A stretch of 28,648 nucleotides of DNA from Elainellaceae cyanobacterium (GTDB lineage Bacteria; Cyanobacteriota; Cyanobacteriia; CAZCXK01), in NCBI GenBank assembly GCA_051117555.1, contig JBNPEG010000142.1, forward strand, positions 1 to 28,648, read 5' to 3'. The notes under the pieces were generated by a model. The model did no database searches and was not told the origin of the DNA. It saw only the letters and a list, made by a program, of their open reading frames with translations. Both the position numbers and the translations under genes were made by a program. This document shows, piece by piece, positions 8,713-17,186 of the stretch. Numbering within the stretch: position 1 is the stretch's first letter; each line of letters starts with the position of its first letter.

Positions 8713-10389
8713 TTATCGTGCAGGTGTTAGATCAGGAATAAATTCAAATGATGTTTTCACTTGAACGGTGCAGGGCTGCCAGTCACCGCTCGATACCAAT
8801 ACGTCTGCGGCAGTTCCGTCTAGCCAGAGTTTCAAGTCTGGATGCGATCGCCACGCCTGTTCAACCCTGTCGCCGAGGCGATTGACCAAACACGCAGACT
8901 CGCACCACTGACAATCATCTGCTTGAGCGATCGCCTGTAAGTGGAGCGGAAACACACCTAATTTTGCAGGTCGGCCCGTTGCGACATCCAACGACCACCC
9001 TAATTCGGGGGTTTCAACCTGTAATGTCACTAACAATCGCAAGGTTCCAGACCTCCAGCCAGAGCCGGGCTGCAAAACGGTTGCTCGCACCCCGCTAATC
9101 AACTGCATCATCTCAAAAGCGCTGCGACTAAAGCTCCACATGAGCTGGAGTACACATTCGTTTAATCTAAGCTCATGACGGACAAACTCATAGTCTGCAT
9201 AACTTAAGGACATTTCGATACCCGCTGAAAACTCGCAGACATCTTGAATCAGGGCGATGAGATAGGCATCATTTGACCCATTAGGTGAGTGATGCCGGAG
9301 GCGAGTGTAGCTAGACATACGAACTGGCTGACTCAAGATATGCGGATTGAGAACCGCAGCAGCATACTGTTCGAGCCAATTTGGATCAGACAGTCGAATC
9401 AGCGGTTGCAGTGCTGGCATTGAGTGTGCCTCTCCAGAGGCAACGAGATCGATCTCGGCAAGGGTGCTAAGGATCTCTGCCTCTAGCATTCGGTCGATTG
9501 CCATATCGTCAGCATCGGCAATAAATTCTACATCGAGTCGAAAGCACAGCGATCCAGATTGCCAGGATTCTCCAGGGATGAGTATGTCAACCTCAATTCC
9601 TTTCATTAGCTCGTTTGCTTCAGGAATCGTGGATCGGAGATAGTGCTCAATCCGCTGCGTAAGAAAGTTGGTCGCGATCGCCTCCCTGCAAAGCGTACAA
9701 TCATCAGATTGGACATGAGTGTCTCCGGGTAGAGGGGATGAAAACGATCGCCCGGTTGCCAAATCAAGGGCACAGCTTGCCATCGGCGTGCGGATATCCA
9801 ACACGGCAATCAGCCGAAGAATTCCGGTCTGCTGGGGATAGTCAGATCGGGCAATGCTGGCAACAATTCCTTCCATGAGCTGCATCATGCCAGAAGACGC
9901 TCTCGCCACACACCAAAGCAACCAAGGGGCCAACTGACGAATCGTGAAATAGTCATGCCAATGCGTCCAAGACAAGGCCGTCTGAACGGTTACGTCATTT
10001 GGTTGAGACGTGTCTACTTCTGCTCGCAGCACATCGAGGAGGTCTTGCGCTTCGTCTTCCACGTAAGGCAATAAATTCTCCGGGGTTTGAGGGACATTTT
10101 CAGGCCAACCCCCGTCGGGCGATCGCACCTGAGCAACACGTTGCAAAAGACGATGAAGCCCTAATCGTTGCGCTTGATTCATGAACGCTTGAGGGTCTGT
10201 CAACCGCAATCTGGAAGCGTCTGCATCTGCGTGCAAGGTCTGTATCGGTAAGCTCTCTATAGCCGATTCCGTTAGCTTAAGAACAGCATTTTCAAAATTT
10301 AGATTAAGGGTGCTCTGAGAAAGCGTATCAATATCGTTGATAGAGAAACTACGTATAGAGTGAGACGGTGGGAATGACATGAGAGACAA
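8713..10389 (-). CDS. Hypothetical protein: tandemly duplicated, with a MazG-like segment and KGK-like domains
   Basis: Long ORF with an internal repeat (aa ~61-292 vs ~331-553). KGK-like motifs such as GIEVDILIPGESWQSGSL...EFIAD. Start codon uncertain. Confidence 0.75.
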   Translation of the reverse strand: MSLMSFPPSHSIRSFSINDIDTLSQSTLNLNFENAVLKLTESAIESLPIQTLHADADASRLRLTDPQAFMNQAQRLGLHRLLQRVAQVRSPDGGWPENVPQTPENLLPYVEDEAQDLLDVLRAEVDTSQPNDVTVQTALSWTHWHDYFTIRQLAPWLLWCVARASSGMMQLMEGIVASIARSDYPQQTGILRLIAVLDIRTPMASCALDLATGRSFSSPLPGDTHVQSDDCTLCREAIATNFLTQRIEHYLRSTIPEANELMKGIEVDILIPGESWQSGSLCFRLDVEFIADADDMAIDRMLEAEILSTLAEIDLVASGEAHSMPALQPLIRLSDPNWLEQYAAAVLNPHILSQPVRMSSYTRLRHHSPNGSNDAYLIALIQDVCEFSAGIEMSLSYADYEFVRHELRLNECVLQLMWSFSRSAFEMMQLISGVRATVLQPGSGWRSGTLRLLVTLQVETPELGWSLDVATGRPAKLGVFPLHLQAIAQADDCQWCESACLVNRLGDRVEQAWRSHPDLKLWLDGTAADVLVSSGDWQPCTVQVKTSFEFIPDLTPAR

Positions 10390-10487
10390 TCGAGGTTAAG
10401 CCAATAAAGTAATCGCAGTCGAATACTATTTCTAGAATGCCCACCCTCGATCCGGAGGTTACCAAACCTTGACATGCTTCAAAAAGC

Positions 10488-11168
10488 TTACAGCCCTGGC
10501 TTGCGACGCATGTATTCGTCTAAATTTAGCTCAGATAGTTGCTGATATGCCGTCTCAATTACGCGCCTTCCCCTCAAAAATCCGGTGTTGGCCCCTGGAC
10601 AAATCGTCTGCAATGTACCTGGATTGAATGCATCCAGAAGATGCTGAACGCTTCGAATTTGGCGAGGCCAGTGAAAGGTTTTCGCAACTCTCAGCGGTCT
10701 TGGCTTTCCGTCATGATCAGGCAGCAGATGACGACCTGAAAACAAGATTCCACCGTGGCGATCGCAATATAGACACGATGATCCGGGGGAGTGACCGGGA
10801 GTCCAAATTGTCAGGCATTGCTCGTTAATCTGAAATCGATGTTGGAATGTTGTAACCTCCAAATTGGGGAGCAAATATGCTTCTTGCTCTTGAATTAAAA
10901 GACGACATCCCAGTGCTTGGTGAATCTCACGAGCTTTGCCAATTCCTCCGCGATGCGTCATAAATAACCAACTCACCCCGCCCTGAGCGGTCAGAAACTG
11001 CTGATTAGTTTCGTTCCAGGCAGGAGAATCTACTAAGATATTTCCGGTTTCTTCGACAATCAGATAGGCCGTTGCGCCCATCGTGTCGCGATTGGGGGGG
11101 AACGCAAAGATATCCTTATGAATCTCTCTGGGTAATTTGTTAGAAGTGTTACTCTGATGATTTGACAC
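10488..11168 (-). CDS. MBL-fold metallo-hydrolase-like protein (degenerate metal motif)
   Basis: AYLI...NILVDSP, FMTHRGGIG, TPGHSPGS, LFSGRHL and ICPGA. Confidence 0.85.
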   Translation of the reverse strand: MSNHQSNTSNKLPREIHKDIFAFPPNRDTMGATAYLIVEETGNILVDSPAWNETNQQFLTAQGGVSWLFMTHRGGIGKAREIHQALGCRLLIQEQEAYLLPNLEVTTFQHRFQINEQCLTIWTPGHSPGSSCLYCDRHGGILFSGRHLLPDHDGKPRPLRVAKTFHWPRQIRSVQHLLDAFNPGTLQTICPGANTGFLRGRRVIETAYQQLSELNLDEYMRRKPGL

Positions 11169-11338
11169 GGGTTAAAACTATAAACACGCTAAGCTTGCAG
11201 TATGTTTTTGTGGAACGCTTTAGAATCAAGCAATTTGGCAAGCTGAACGAAAGCGGTATCCTGGAAGTAAGGTGTCTATCAAGTCAGTCTTGATTTGATA
11301 GCGTAAACTCAGGAGCGTTGAAATTCTGGATTCACAGC

Positions 11339-12829
11339 ATGGAGATTTTTTGGCTGCTCCTTTTAGGAACATTTACATATCTTATCGTTCGGCGGAGCGT
11401 GGCTAACATTACCCGGACTCCCGTCTGGATTCTATGGCTTGTAATGATGATGCCAGCCTTCATCTGGACAACTTGGGTGATGTTAAACGGCGAAAATGAG
11501 CCAATACCGCCGCTGCTGCTGTTTGGCCCATTCGTTGTATGTCCAATCTTATACTGGTTCTTGATTCAGTGGGGGCGACCAGGTAAACCCGCGCCTGAAA
11601 ATTCTCAAATTCAGAAGCAAGCATCAGCGGATTTGCCCATCTCTGCCGTGGATAAGCAACCCGAGGTGCTTCGCCCGATTGATAAAGACGAGGAAGCAAC
11701 GCTGAAAACCTGCTTCCCGTGGTCTATTTTCTATCTAAAAAATATCGAATATCGTCCCCAAGCATTAATCTGTCGGGGGCACCTCCGGACGTCTCCAGAA
11801 ACTGCTTATCAGACGATTCGAGATAATGTAGAAGGCAAATTTGGCGATCGCTTTTTAGTGATATTTCAGGAAGGGGGAGATGGCAAACCCTTCTTTGCGC
11901 TGGTTTCGAATTCTCAAGCTAAGCAGGCCAACGCCAATCCTGCAAAATTGGTTCGCCCCGGTTTGGCATTGGGGCTTTGGACAGCGACTCTAATTACGAC
12001 AACCTTTGCAGGCGTTGTCGTTGCAGGCACATCAATCGATGATTTACAGATTAATTGGTCAACTCTCAATTCAGGATTGCCCTATGCCCTGGCATTAATG
12101 GCAATTTTGGGAATTCATGAACTGGCTCATTATCTGACCGCTCGTGCATATCGCATCAAGGTTACGTTTCCTTATTTTATTCCAGTGCCTCCGGCTCCCA
12201 TTTTCCCGTTTGGCACGTTGGGGGCGTTTATCCAGATGCGATCGCCCGTTCCCAATCGTAGAGCCTTATTCGACGTGGGCATTGCAGGCCCGCTTGCGGG
12301 GTTTATTGTGACCCTGCCTATCCTGATTTGGGGGCTGGCTCATTCTGCCCCGACGCCCTTAACGGATGAGTCGAGTATCTTAAATTTTGAATCGTTCAGG
12401 CCAGGGGCTTCCTTACTCTTGGCATTGCTCAGTAAGCTAGCGTTAGGAAATGAACTAACTGCGACTAGTGCGCTTAATCTTCACCCTGTGGCGATCGCCG
12501 GATGCTTAGGAGTAGTGGTGACAGCCCTTAACCTGATGCCCGTTGGGCAGCTCGATGGAGGGCACATTGTCCACGCTATGTTTGGTCAACGCAGTGGAGC
12601 AGCTATTGGACAAATTTCTCGATTCTTAGTCTTAGGCTTATCATTCGTACAGCGTGAATTCTTTTTATGGGCTATCCTCTTATTTTTTATACCGGTCGTT
12701 GATGAGCCAACGCTTAATGATGTCAGCGAACTTGATAACAAACGAGACATTTGGGGCTTAGTAGCGCTCAGCCTGCTAGTGGTCATTGTGCTCCCTGCCC
12801 CTGCAACTCTGATGCAAATTTTGTTCTAA
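11339..12829 (+). CDS. Site-2 protease (M50 family, EGY/AraSP-like)
   Basis: HELAH, FDVGIAGPLAG and NLMPVGQLDGGH, with many TM helices. Alternative start at TTG 11318. Confidence 0.93.
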   Translation: MEIFWLLLLGTFTYLIVRRSVANITRTPVWILWLVMMMPAFIWTTWVMLNGENEPIPPLLLFGPFVVCPILYWFLIQWGRPGKPAPENSQIQKQASADLPISAVDKQPEVLRPIDKDEEATLKTCFPWSIFYLKNIEYRPQALICRGHLRTSPETAYQTIRDNVEGKFGDRFLVIFQEGGDGKPFFALVSNSQAKQANANPAKLVRPGLALGLWTATLITTTFAGVVVAGTSIDDLQINWSTLNSGLPYALALMAILGIHELAHYLTARAYRIKVTFPYFIPVPPAPIFPFGTLGAFIQMRSPVPNRRALFDVGIAGPLAGFIVTLPILIWGLAHSAPTPLTDESSILNFESFRPGASLLLALLSKLALGNELTATSALNLHPVAIAGCLGVVVTALNLMPVGQLDGGHIVHAMFGQRSGAAIGQISRFLVLGLSFVQREFFLWAILLFFIPVVDEPTLNDVSELDNKRDIWGLVALSLLVVIVLPAPATLMQILF

Positions 12830-12872
12830 AGTTTAGTTTTTTGAAGTTAGGTTTCACAGGGAACCCGTTGAA

Positions 12873-13367
12873 ATGACACACGATGTTAGGCAGTGGCTGA
12901 CAGAAATTAAAACTCTACAACAGAAGTTGAGTGAGGTTCAGAAGGAGCGCGACGAAGCGTTTGCAAGCGCGGCGAAGTGGCGAAGTCTATACGAGACTGA
13001 GGCGAGACAGCGTCGAGCCGATGCTCATCAGGCGCAGCAAATGATTCAGCACCTCAAAACTGAATTTCAGTCGTCTCAGCTTCCGCCAGTTAACGCGCCA
13101 ACCGACCCCGCTCTCACTGACTCGTCAATTCATCAGCAGGTTAAAACGCTTCAAGCCGATGAATTAGAAGCCAAGCTGATTGAGGCGTTAGTCGAGCGCG
13201 ATCGCCTCTCCCATGACCTCCAATCTGAACGAGATGCGCATGAGCGTACTCGGAAAAATCTAACCAGTGCCCTCGGCGATACCGTCGATTTGCTGACCAA
13301 AGAGCGAGCCGTTCGCGTACTCCAATCCGACACTGCTCAACCCATCTCGACTCAAGCCAATCTGTAA
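12873..13367 (+). CDS. Coiled-coil hypothetical protein
   Basis: Heptad-rich, Glu/Gln/Arg-rich ORF directly downstream of the protease. Confidence 0.75.
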   Translation: MTHDVRQWLTEIKTLQQKLSEVQKERDEAFASAAKWRSLYETEARQRRADAHQAQQMIQHLKTEFQSSQLPPVNAPTDPALTDSSIHQQVKTLQADELEAKLIEALVERDRLSHDLQSERDAHERTRKNLTSALGDTVDLLTKERAVRVLQSDTAQPISTQANL

Positions 13368-13381
13368 GTAAGGGACGACAT

Positions 13382-14494
13382 TTAGAGCCCCATCGCGCTT
13401 GCTACGCTGTCCAGGTCAGGCGCGATCCCTGATTTTAGGCGATCCTCGCAATAGCTAATGGCAGTTTGAGGATCTTTTAACCCGTTGCCCGTCAAGACAC
13501 AAACAATAGTAGCTCCGGGGGGTACCTGTTCCTTGGCTTTGAGAAGACCTGCTACAGATGCTGCACTGGCAGGTTCACAGAAAATTCCTTCCTCCGATGC
13601 CAGACGGTGATAAGCAGACAAAATTTCGTCATCGGTAACCGCCTGAAATTGACCTTGGCTCGCATCTCGTGCTCCCACAGCTCGCTGCCAACTCGCTGGA
13701 TTACCAATGCGAATTGCGGTTGCCACCGTCTCAGGATGCTCAATAGGGTGTCCTTTGACCAAGGGGGATGCTCCGGCGGCTTGGAAGCCCATCATACGCG
13801 GCAGGCGATCGCACCGCCCGTCCTGGTGATACTGACAAAATCCCATCCAATATGCGGTGATGTTTCCGGCGTTCCCAACGGGAATACAGAGCCAGTCAGG
13901 AGCATTTCCAAGCGCGTCTACGACCTCGAAAGCCCCTGTCTTTTGCCCTTCTAGTCGGTAAGGGTTCACAGAATTGACGAGCGTAATGGGATAATTGAGC
14001 GCAATTTCTCGTACGATTGACAGCGCCCGGTCAAAATTGCCCTGAATCGATAACACCTCCGCCCCATACAAAAGAGCTTGAGCCAGCTTGCCCAGGGCAA
14101 CATACCCATCTGGAATGATCACAAACGCTCGCATTCCTCCTCGACGCGCATAGGCAGCCGCAGCCGCAGACGTGTTTCCCGTACTTGCACAGATGACTGC
14201 TTCTGCTCCGGCTTCCCTCGCCTTTGAAACAGCCAGCGTCATGCCCCGGTCTTTAAAGCTTCCGGTGGGATTTAAGCCATCATACTTTACAAAAACCTGA
14301 ACCTGCTTCCCGACTAACGCAGCAATAGATGGAACCGGAATCAGAGGGGTATTCCCCTCCTGCAACGTCACAACAGGCGTTTCCTCGCTGACGGGCAAAT
14401 AGGGACGATATGCCTCAATTAGACCAGGCCAACGATTGAGGCTTGGAGAAGACGTTGTTGTAGACGAATGAAAATCAGACAAGCTTACTGTCAC
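13382..14494 (-). CDS. thrC: Threonine synthase
   Basis: [17 protein letters not shown] (PLP Lys), [22 protein letters not shown] and LTGNGLKD. Confidence 0.97.
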   Translation of the reverse strand: MTVSLSDFHSSTTTSSPSLNRWPGLIEAYRPYLPVSEETPVVTLQEGNTPLIPVPSIAALVGKQVQVFVKYDGLNPTGSFKDRGMTLAVSKAREAGAEAVICASTGNTSAAAAAYARRGGMRAFVIIPDGYVALGKLAQALLYGAEVLSIQGNFDRALSIVREIALNYPITLVNSVNPYRLEGQKTGAFEVVDALGNAPDWLCIPVGNAGNITAYWMGFCQYHQDGRCDRLPRMMGFQAAGASPLVKGHPIEHPETVATAIRIGNPASWQRAVGARDASQGQFQAVTDDEILSAYHRLASEEGIFCEPASAASVAGLLKAKEQVPPGATIVCVLTGNGLKDPQTAISYCEDRLKSGIAPDLDSVASAMGL

Positions 14495-14600
14495 AGCTCA
14501 AGTATCACTCTAATGTGCGAATTTACAAGTGCGACTATCCAGTGCAGCGTTTGACTCTATGGCACGAAATAGACGGTAATCGGAAGCCTCAAATCAGCGA

Positions 14601-14633
14601 TGGTGTAGGGTTCGGCGGAGCCGGAACGCACCA
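14601..14633. repeat. REP-like hairpin upstream of thrC
   Basis: TGGTGTAGGGTTCGGCGGAGCCGGAACGCACCA shares the GTAGGGT...CGCACCA frame of the 7758 and 22140 repeats. Confidence 0.55.
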
Positions 14634-14642
14634 CTCTGCGAA

Positions 14643-14675
14643 TTTTGACTATTTTTTGACTATTAATAATCAAAA
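14643..14675. promoter_or_regulatory. Candidate operator: 11-bp direct repeat overlapping a 22-bp palindrome
   Basis: TTTTGACTATT occurs twice. TTTTGACTATTAATAATCAAAA (14654-14675) is palindromic with one mismatch. Confidence 0.45.
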
Positions 14676-15055
14676 CTAGACTCTATGCGTCATACATTGT
14701 CATGTCAAACTATGTTTTAACGTATACCAATCATACCAATTCTACTTAAACGCATTACAAATGTTGCGCCGGGCATAGCCTAATGTTTTCCTACGGGTTT
14801 TCAATGGATGGCGATGACTGAATCTGTAGAAGACCGTCGTCATATCGGCATCACGTGCATTTCCTTACCCGCAGAGCAGTCTCAACAAATCTCTTGAACC
14901 AGGTGTGCTCTAGTGGTTGTGAAAGATTAGCCAGTTAGGAAACTGACACAATCAGGATCAAGCTCATTTCAGAACATTGAATACAATCAGCTATTAAGTT
15001 CGAGTTACAATACGCGAACGGTGTGAATCAATAGCGAGTGCTTCGTCAGATCCTA

Positions 15056-15328
15056 ATGCCAAACTACGTATCTGAGCGACCGAGTTCCAAACCCGCCAAC
15101 TCTCAGGCAACCTCCACAAATAGCATGATTGCGTCTGCCGATTCGGGCCAGATTAGTCCGGGCGTATTCGGAGAATCTACAAGGTTGCCCTATCAGGCTG
15201 ATCACCAGGCTGAATTTCTTTACCTAAAAGCAGACATTGACGCATTATTGACTCAGCTTCAAGCCTTAAATCAGCAACGTTTAGCCGAACCTGCCTCAGC
15301 ATTGAATCGACCGACAGAGCAATCCTAG
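15056..15328 (+). CDS. Small hypothetical protein with a C-terminal coiled-coil helix
   Basis: Disordered N-terminus followed by YQADHQAEFLYLKADIDALLTQLQAL. Start is ATG 15056 or GTG 15038. Confidence 0.65.
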   Translation: MPNYVSERPSSKPANSQATSTNSMIASADSGQISPGVFGESTRLPYQADHQAEFLYLKADIDALLTQLQALNQQRLAEPASALNRPTEQS

Positions 15329-15386
15329 TCACAGACCGGCAGCCATCGAGCGATCGCCCCAGGTTGAGGTCAGATATTTTCTGCCT

Positions 15387-15429
15387 CTAGGCTGACACTA
15401 GGAGCTGAAGTTAGGAGCTGACACTAGGA
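15387..15429. repeat. Degenerate 13-bp tandem repeat (CTAGGAGCTGACA), about 3 copies
   Basis: Read directly from the sequence. Confidence 0.7.
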
Positions 15430-15493
15430 ATAGAGATTTCTAATGTGAACGTTCCTGAGTAGAGCACGACCCTGTCATACTCCGCAAACATGA

Positions 15494-15581
15494 TATAGCC
15501 CTGCGGGCTTAGGTGTGTGAGCCCCTGCGCCGTGGGGGCTCGCACACGTTTAACGTCCTAATGCGAGAACGTACGACTCTA
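15494..15581 (+). mobile_element. MITE-like element, TATAGCCC family, copy A
   Basis: TATAGCCCTGCGGGCTTAG-[GTGTGTGAGCCCC...GGGGGCTCGCACAC]-GTTTAACGTCCTAATGCGAGAACGTACGACTCTA. Both ends are homologous to 25498-25590. Confidence 0.7.
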
Positions 15582-15611
15582 ATTGGGTAGATTATTAAAT
15601 CCACATTCCTC

Positions 15612-15659
15612 AGCTGATTAGATACGAGCTGATTAGATACGAGCTGATGAGTCAGAGCT
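15612..15659. repeat. 15-bp tandem repeat (AGCTGATTAGATACG)x2 plus a degenerate third copy
   Basis: Read directly from the sequence. Confidence 0.8.
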
Positions 15660-15784
15660 TATTGCGTTCAAGGTGCTGCTAGCCCTAGCATTCACCTCAA
15701 TTTTCTTTACGTTTCTTTGTAATTTCGAGTGTGCATCACTTGAGATCAGCGTTATTCTGAGTGAAGGAATTGAGGGCACTAGGA

Positions 15785-16555
15785 ATGAATCAATTGCTTA
15801 GGAGCATGATTCTGGGCGCGATCGCTCTCTCACTGATAAGCTGCGGGAATTCGGCGACTGCTCCTCGCAACGAGCAGTCGGAGTCGCTTATGTCTAATAC
15901 CCAAAACGACATCGTGGCTGCTCCATCTGCGTCCGATTCTTCCTCGTCTGACCTTTTGTCCGTGCCAGATTCAGATAATCTGCAAGCGGTTGCAGTGCCT
16001 CCGCTCATTCCACCAACGTCCATATCGGAGCGACTCTCGCAAATTGACTCGGGAAGAAACGATCCGTTTGCTCCTATCAGTGCCGGAGCGCCTATCTTAG
16101 TGCAAACTTCGCCGAGATATCAGTCAGGTGCGTTGCCCACCGTCCCTGTTGCATCCACTCCATCTCTCCCTGAGCCTGTCGCAACGGTTCCAGTTGCCGC
16201 TTACCCTCCCACGTCATTAACTCCAAATCCATCGGGTCAAGCGCCAGTGCCTGCTCCCGTCCCTGCTCCCTCCAACGCTGTGCCTGCTCCTGTGCCCACG
16301 CCTCCGCTGGCTCGTCTGATTGAAATTAGCGGCGTCGTTCAAGTAGGTGGACAAACCAGTGTGATCGTCATGATGCCGACTGAGCGGAGTAGTCGATATG
16401 TCCGTATCGGAGAACGGATAGGCAATGGGCAAATTCTTGTCAAGCGAGTCGATATGGACGCTGCGTATGAGCCCGTTGTCATATTGGAGCAAGACGGCGT
16501 AGAAATCGTGCGTACGATTGGCAGTGCTGGAGGGGCTGAAATTGGTTCCTTATAG
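15785..16555 (+). CDS. Lipoprotein with a Pro-rich linker and a PilP/GspC-HR-like C-terminal beta domain
   Basis: Lipobox LISC, GRNDPF motif, PVPAP-rich linker and ISGVVQVGGQTSVIV...YVRIGERIGNGQILVKRV. Confidence 0.7.
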   Translation: MNQLLRSMILGAIALSLISCGNSATAPRNEQSESLMSNTQNDIVAAPSASDSSSSDLLSVPDSDNLQAVAVPPLIPPTSISERLSQIDSGRNDPFAPISAGAPILVQTSPRYQSGALPTVPVASTPSLPEPVATVPVAAYPPTSLTPNPSGQAPVPAPVPAPSNAVPAPVPTPPLARLIEISGVVQVGGQTSVIVMMPTERSSRYVRIGERIGNGQILVKRVDMDAAYEPVVILEQDGVEIVRTIGSAGGAEIGSL

Positions 16556-16609
16556 GACCTTGGGTTTGAAAATTTTGTCGATATGTTCTAAGGAATTACG
16601 GGTGGGCTT

Positions 16610-17146
16610 ATGACCAAGCCACTTCCAGCACGACATCAGCACGCCGACGCTCCTTCGTCTAAGGCGGTTCGGAGTCAAGGAAATTTGAATTACCGTGATA
16701 CCTACATTTGTCCGGTCTGTCGCCACGGTCAGATTTCTGCTCTAACGCTAATGGATGCGTTTGCCTGCAACTTTTGCCGACACATTTTTACCGCAAATCT
16801 GAATAATCAGTCAGTGCAAGTCGTAGACAGTTCGCAGGCAATGTCGTGGCGTTGGACAGGGCGCACCTGGCAAGCGGCGTATCAGAATGATTCGGACGTG
16901 ACAGTAGCGATCTGGTTAGTTGGCATTGCGCTGGTCGTGTTACCTTCGGCGGTGGTGTGCATATTTGCGTATATGTTTCCGCCGATGCCAGGTAGTCAGT
17001 GGGCGTGGTTCCCGTTACTTTGGTGCGGAATCACCATCATCGTTCATTTAGGAATGGTGTCATGGCTGATGGCTGAACACTATCAAATTCCGGTCTATAT
17101 ATCGAGTAAGATTAGGCTTCGTCGCTTTCTAAGCGATCGCTCATAG
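16610..17146 (+). CDS. Zinc-ribbon membrane protein (hypothetical)
   Basis: CPVC...CNFC followed by two TM helices. Confidence 0.8.
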   Translation: MTKPLPARHQHADAPSSKAVRSQGNLNYRDTYICPVCRHGQISALTLMDAFACNFCRHIFTANLNNQSVQVVDSSQAMSWRWTGRTWQAAYQNDSDVTVAIWLVGIALVVLPSAVVCIFAYMFPPMPGSQWAWFPLLWCGITIIVHLGMVSWLMAEHYQIPVYISSKIRLRRFLSDRS

Positions 17147-17186
17147 AATTTAGAGCGGCAGATTCGGGCGGTGCGCGCTTAAACGG

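Noticed and set aside
14722..14737. NtcA site near GTATACCAATCATAC
   Set aside because: The spacing is GTA-N9-TAC, not N8.
15387..15659. Possible CRISPR-like array
   Set aside because: The repeats are 13-15 bp, directly adjacent and lack unique spacers. No cas genes are present.
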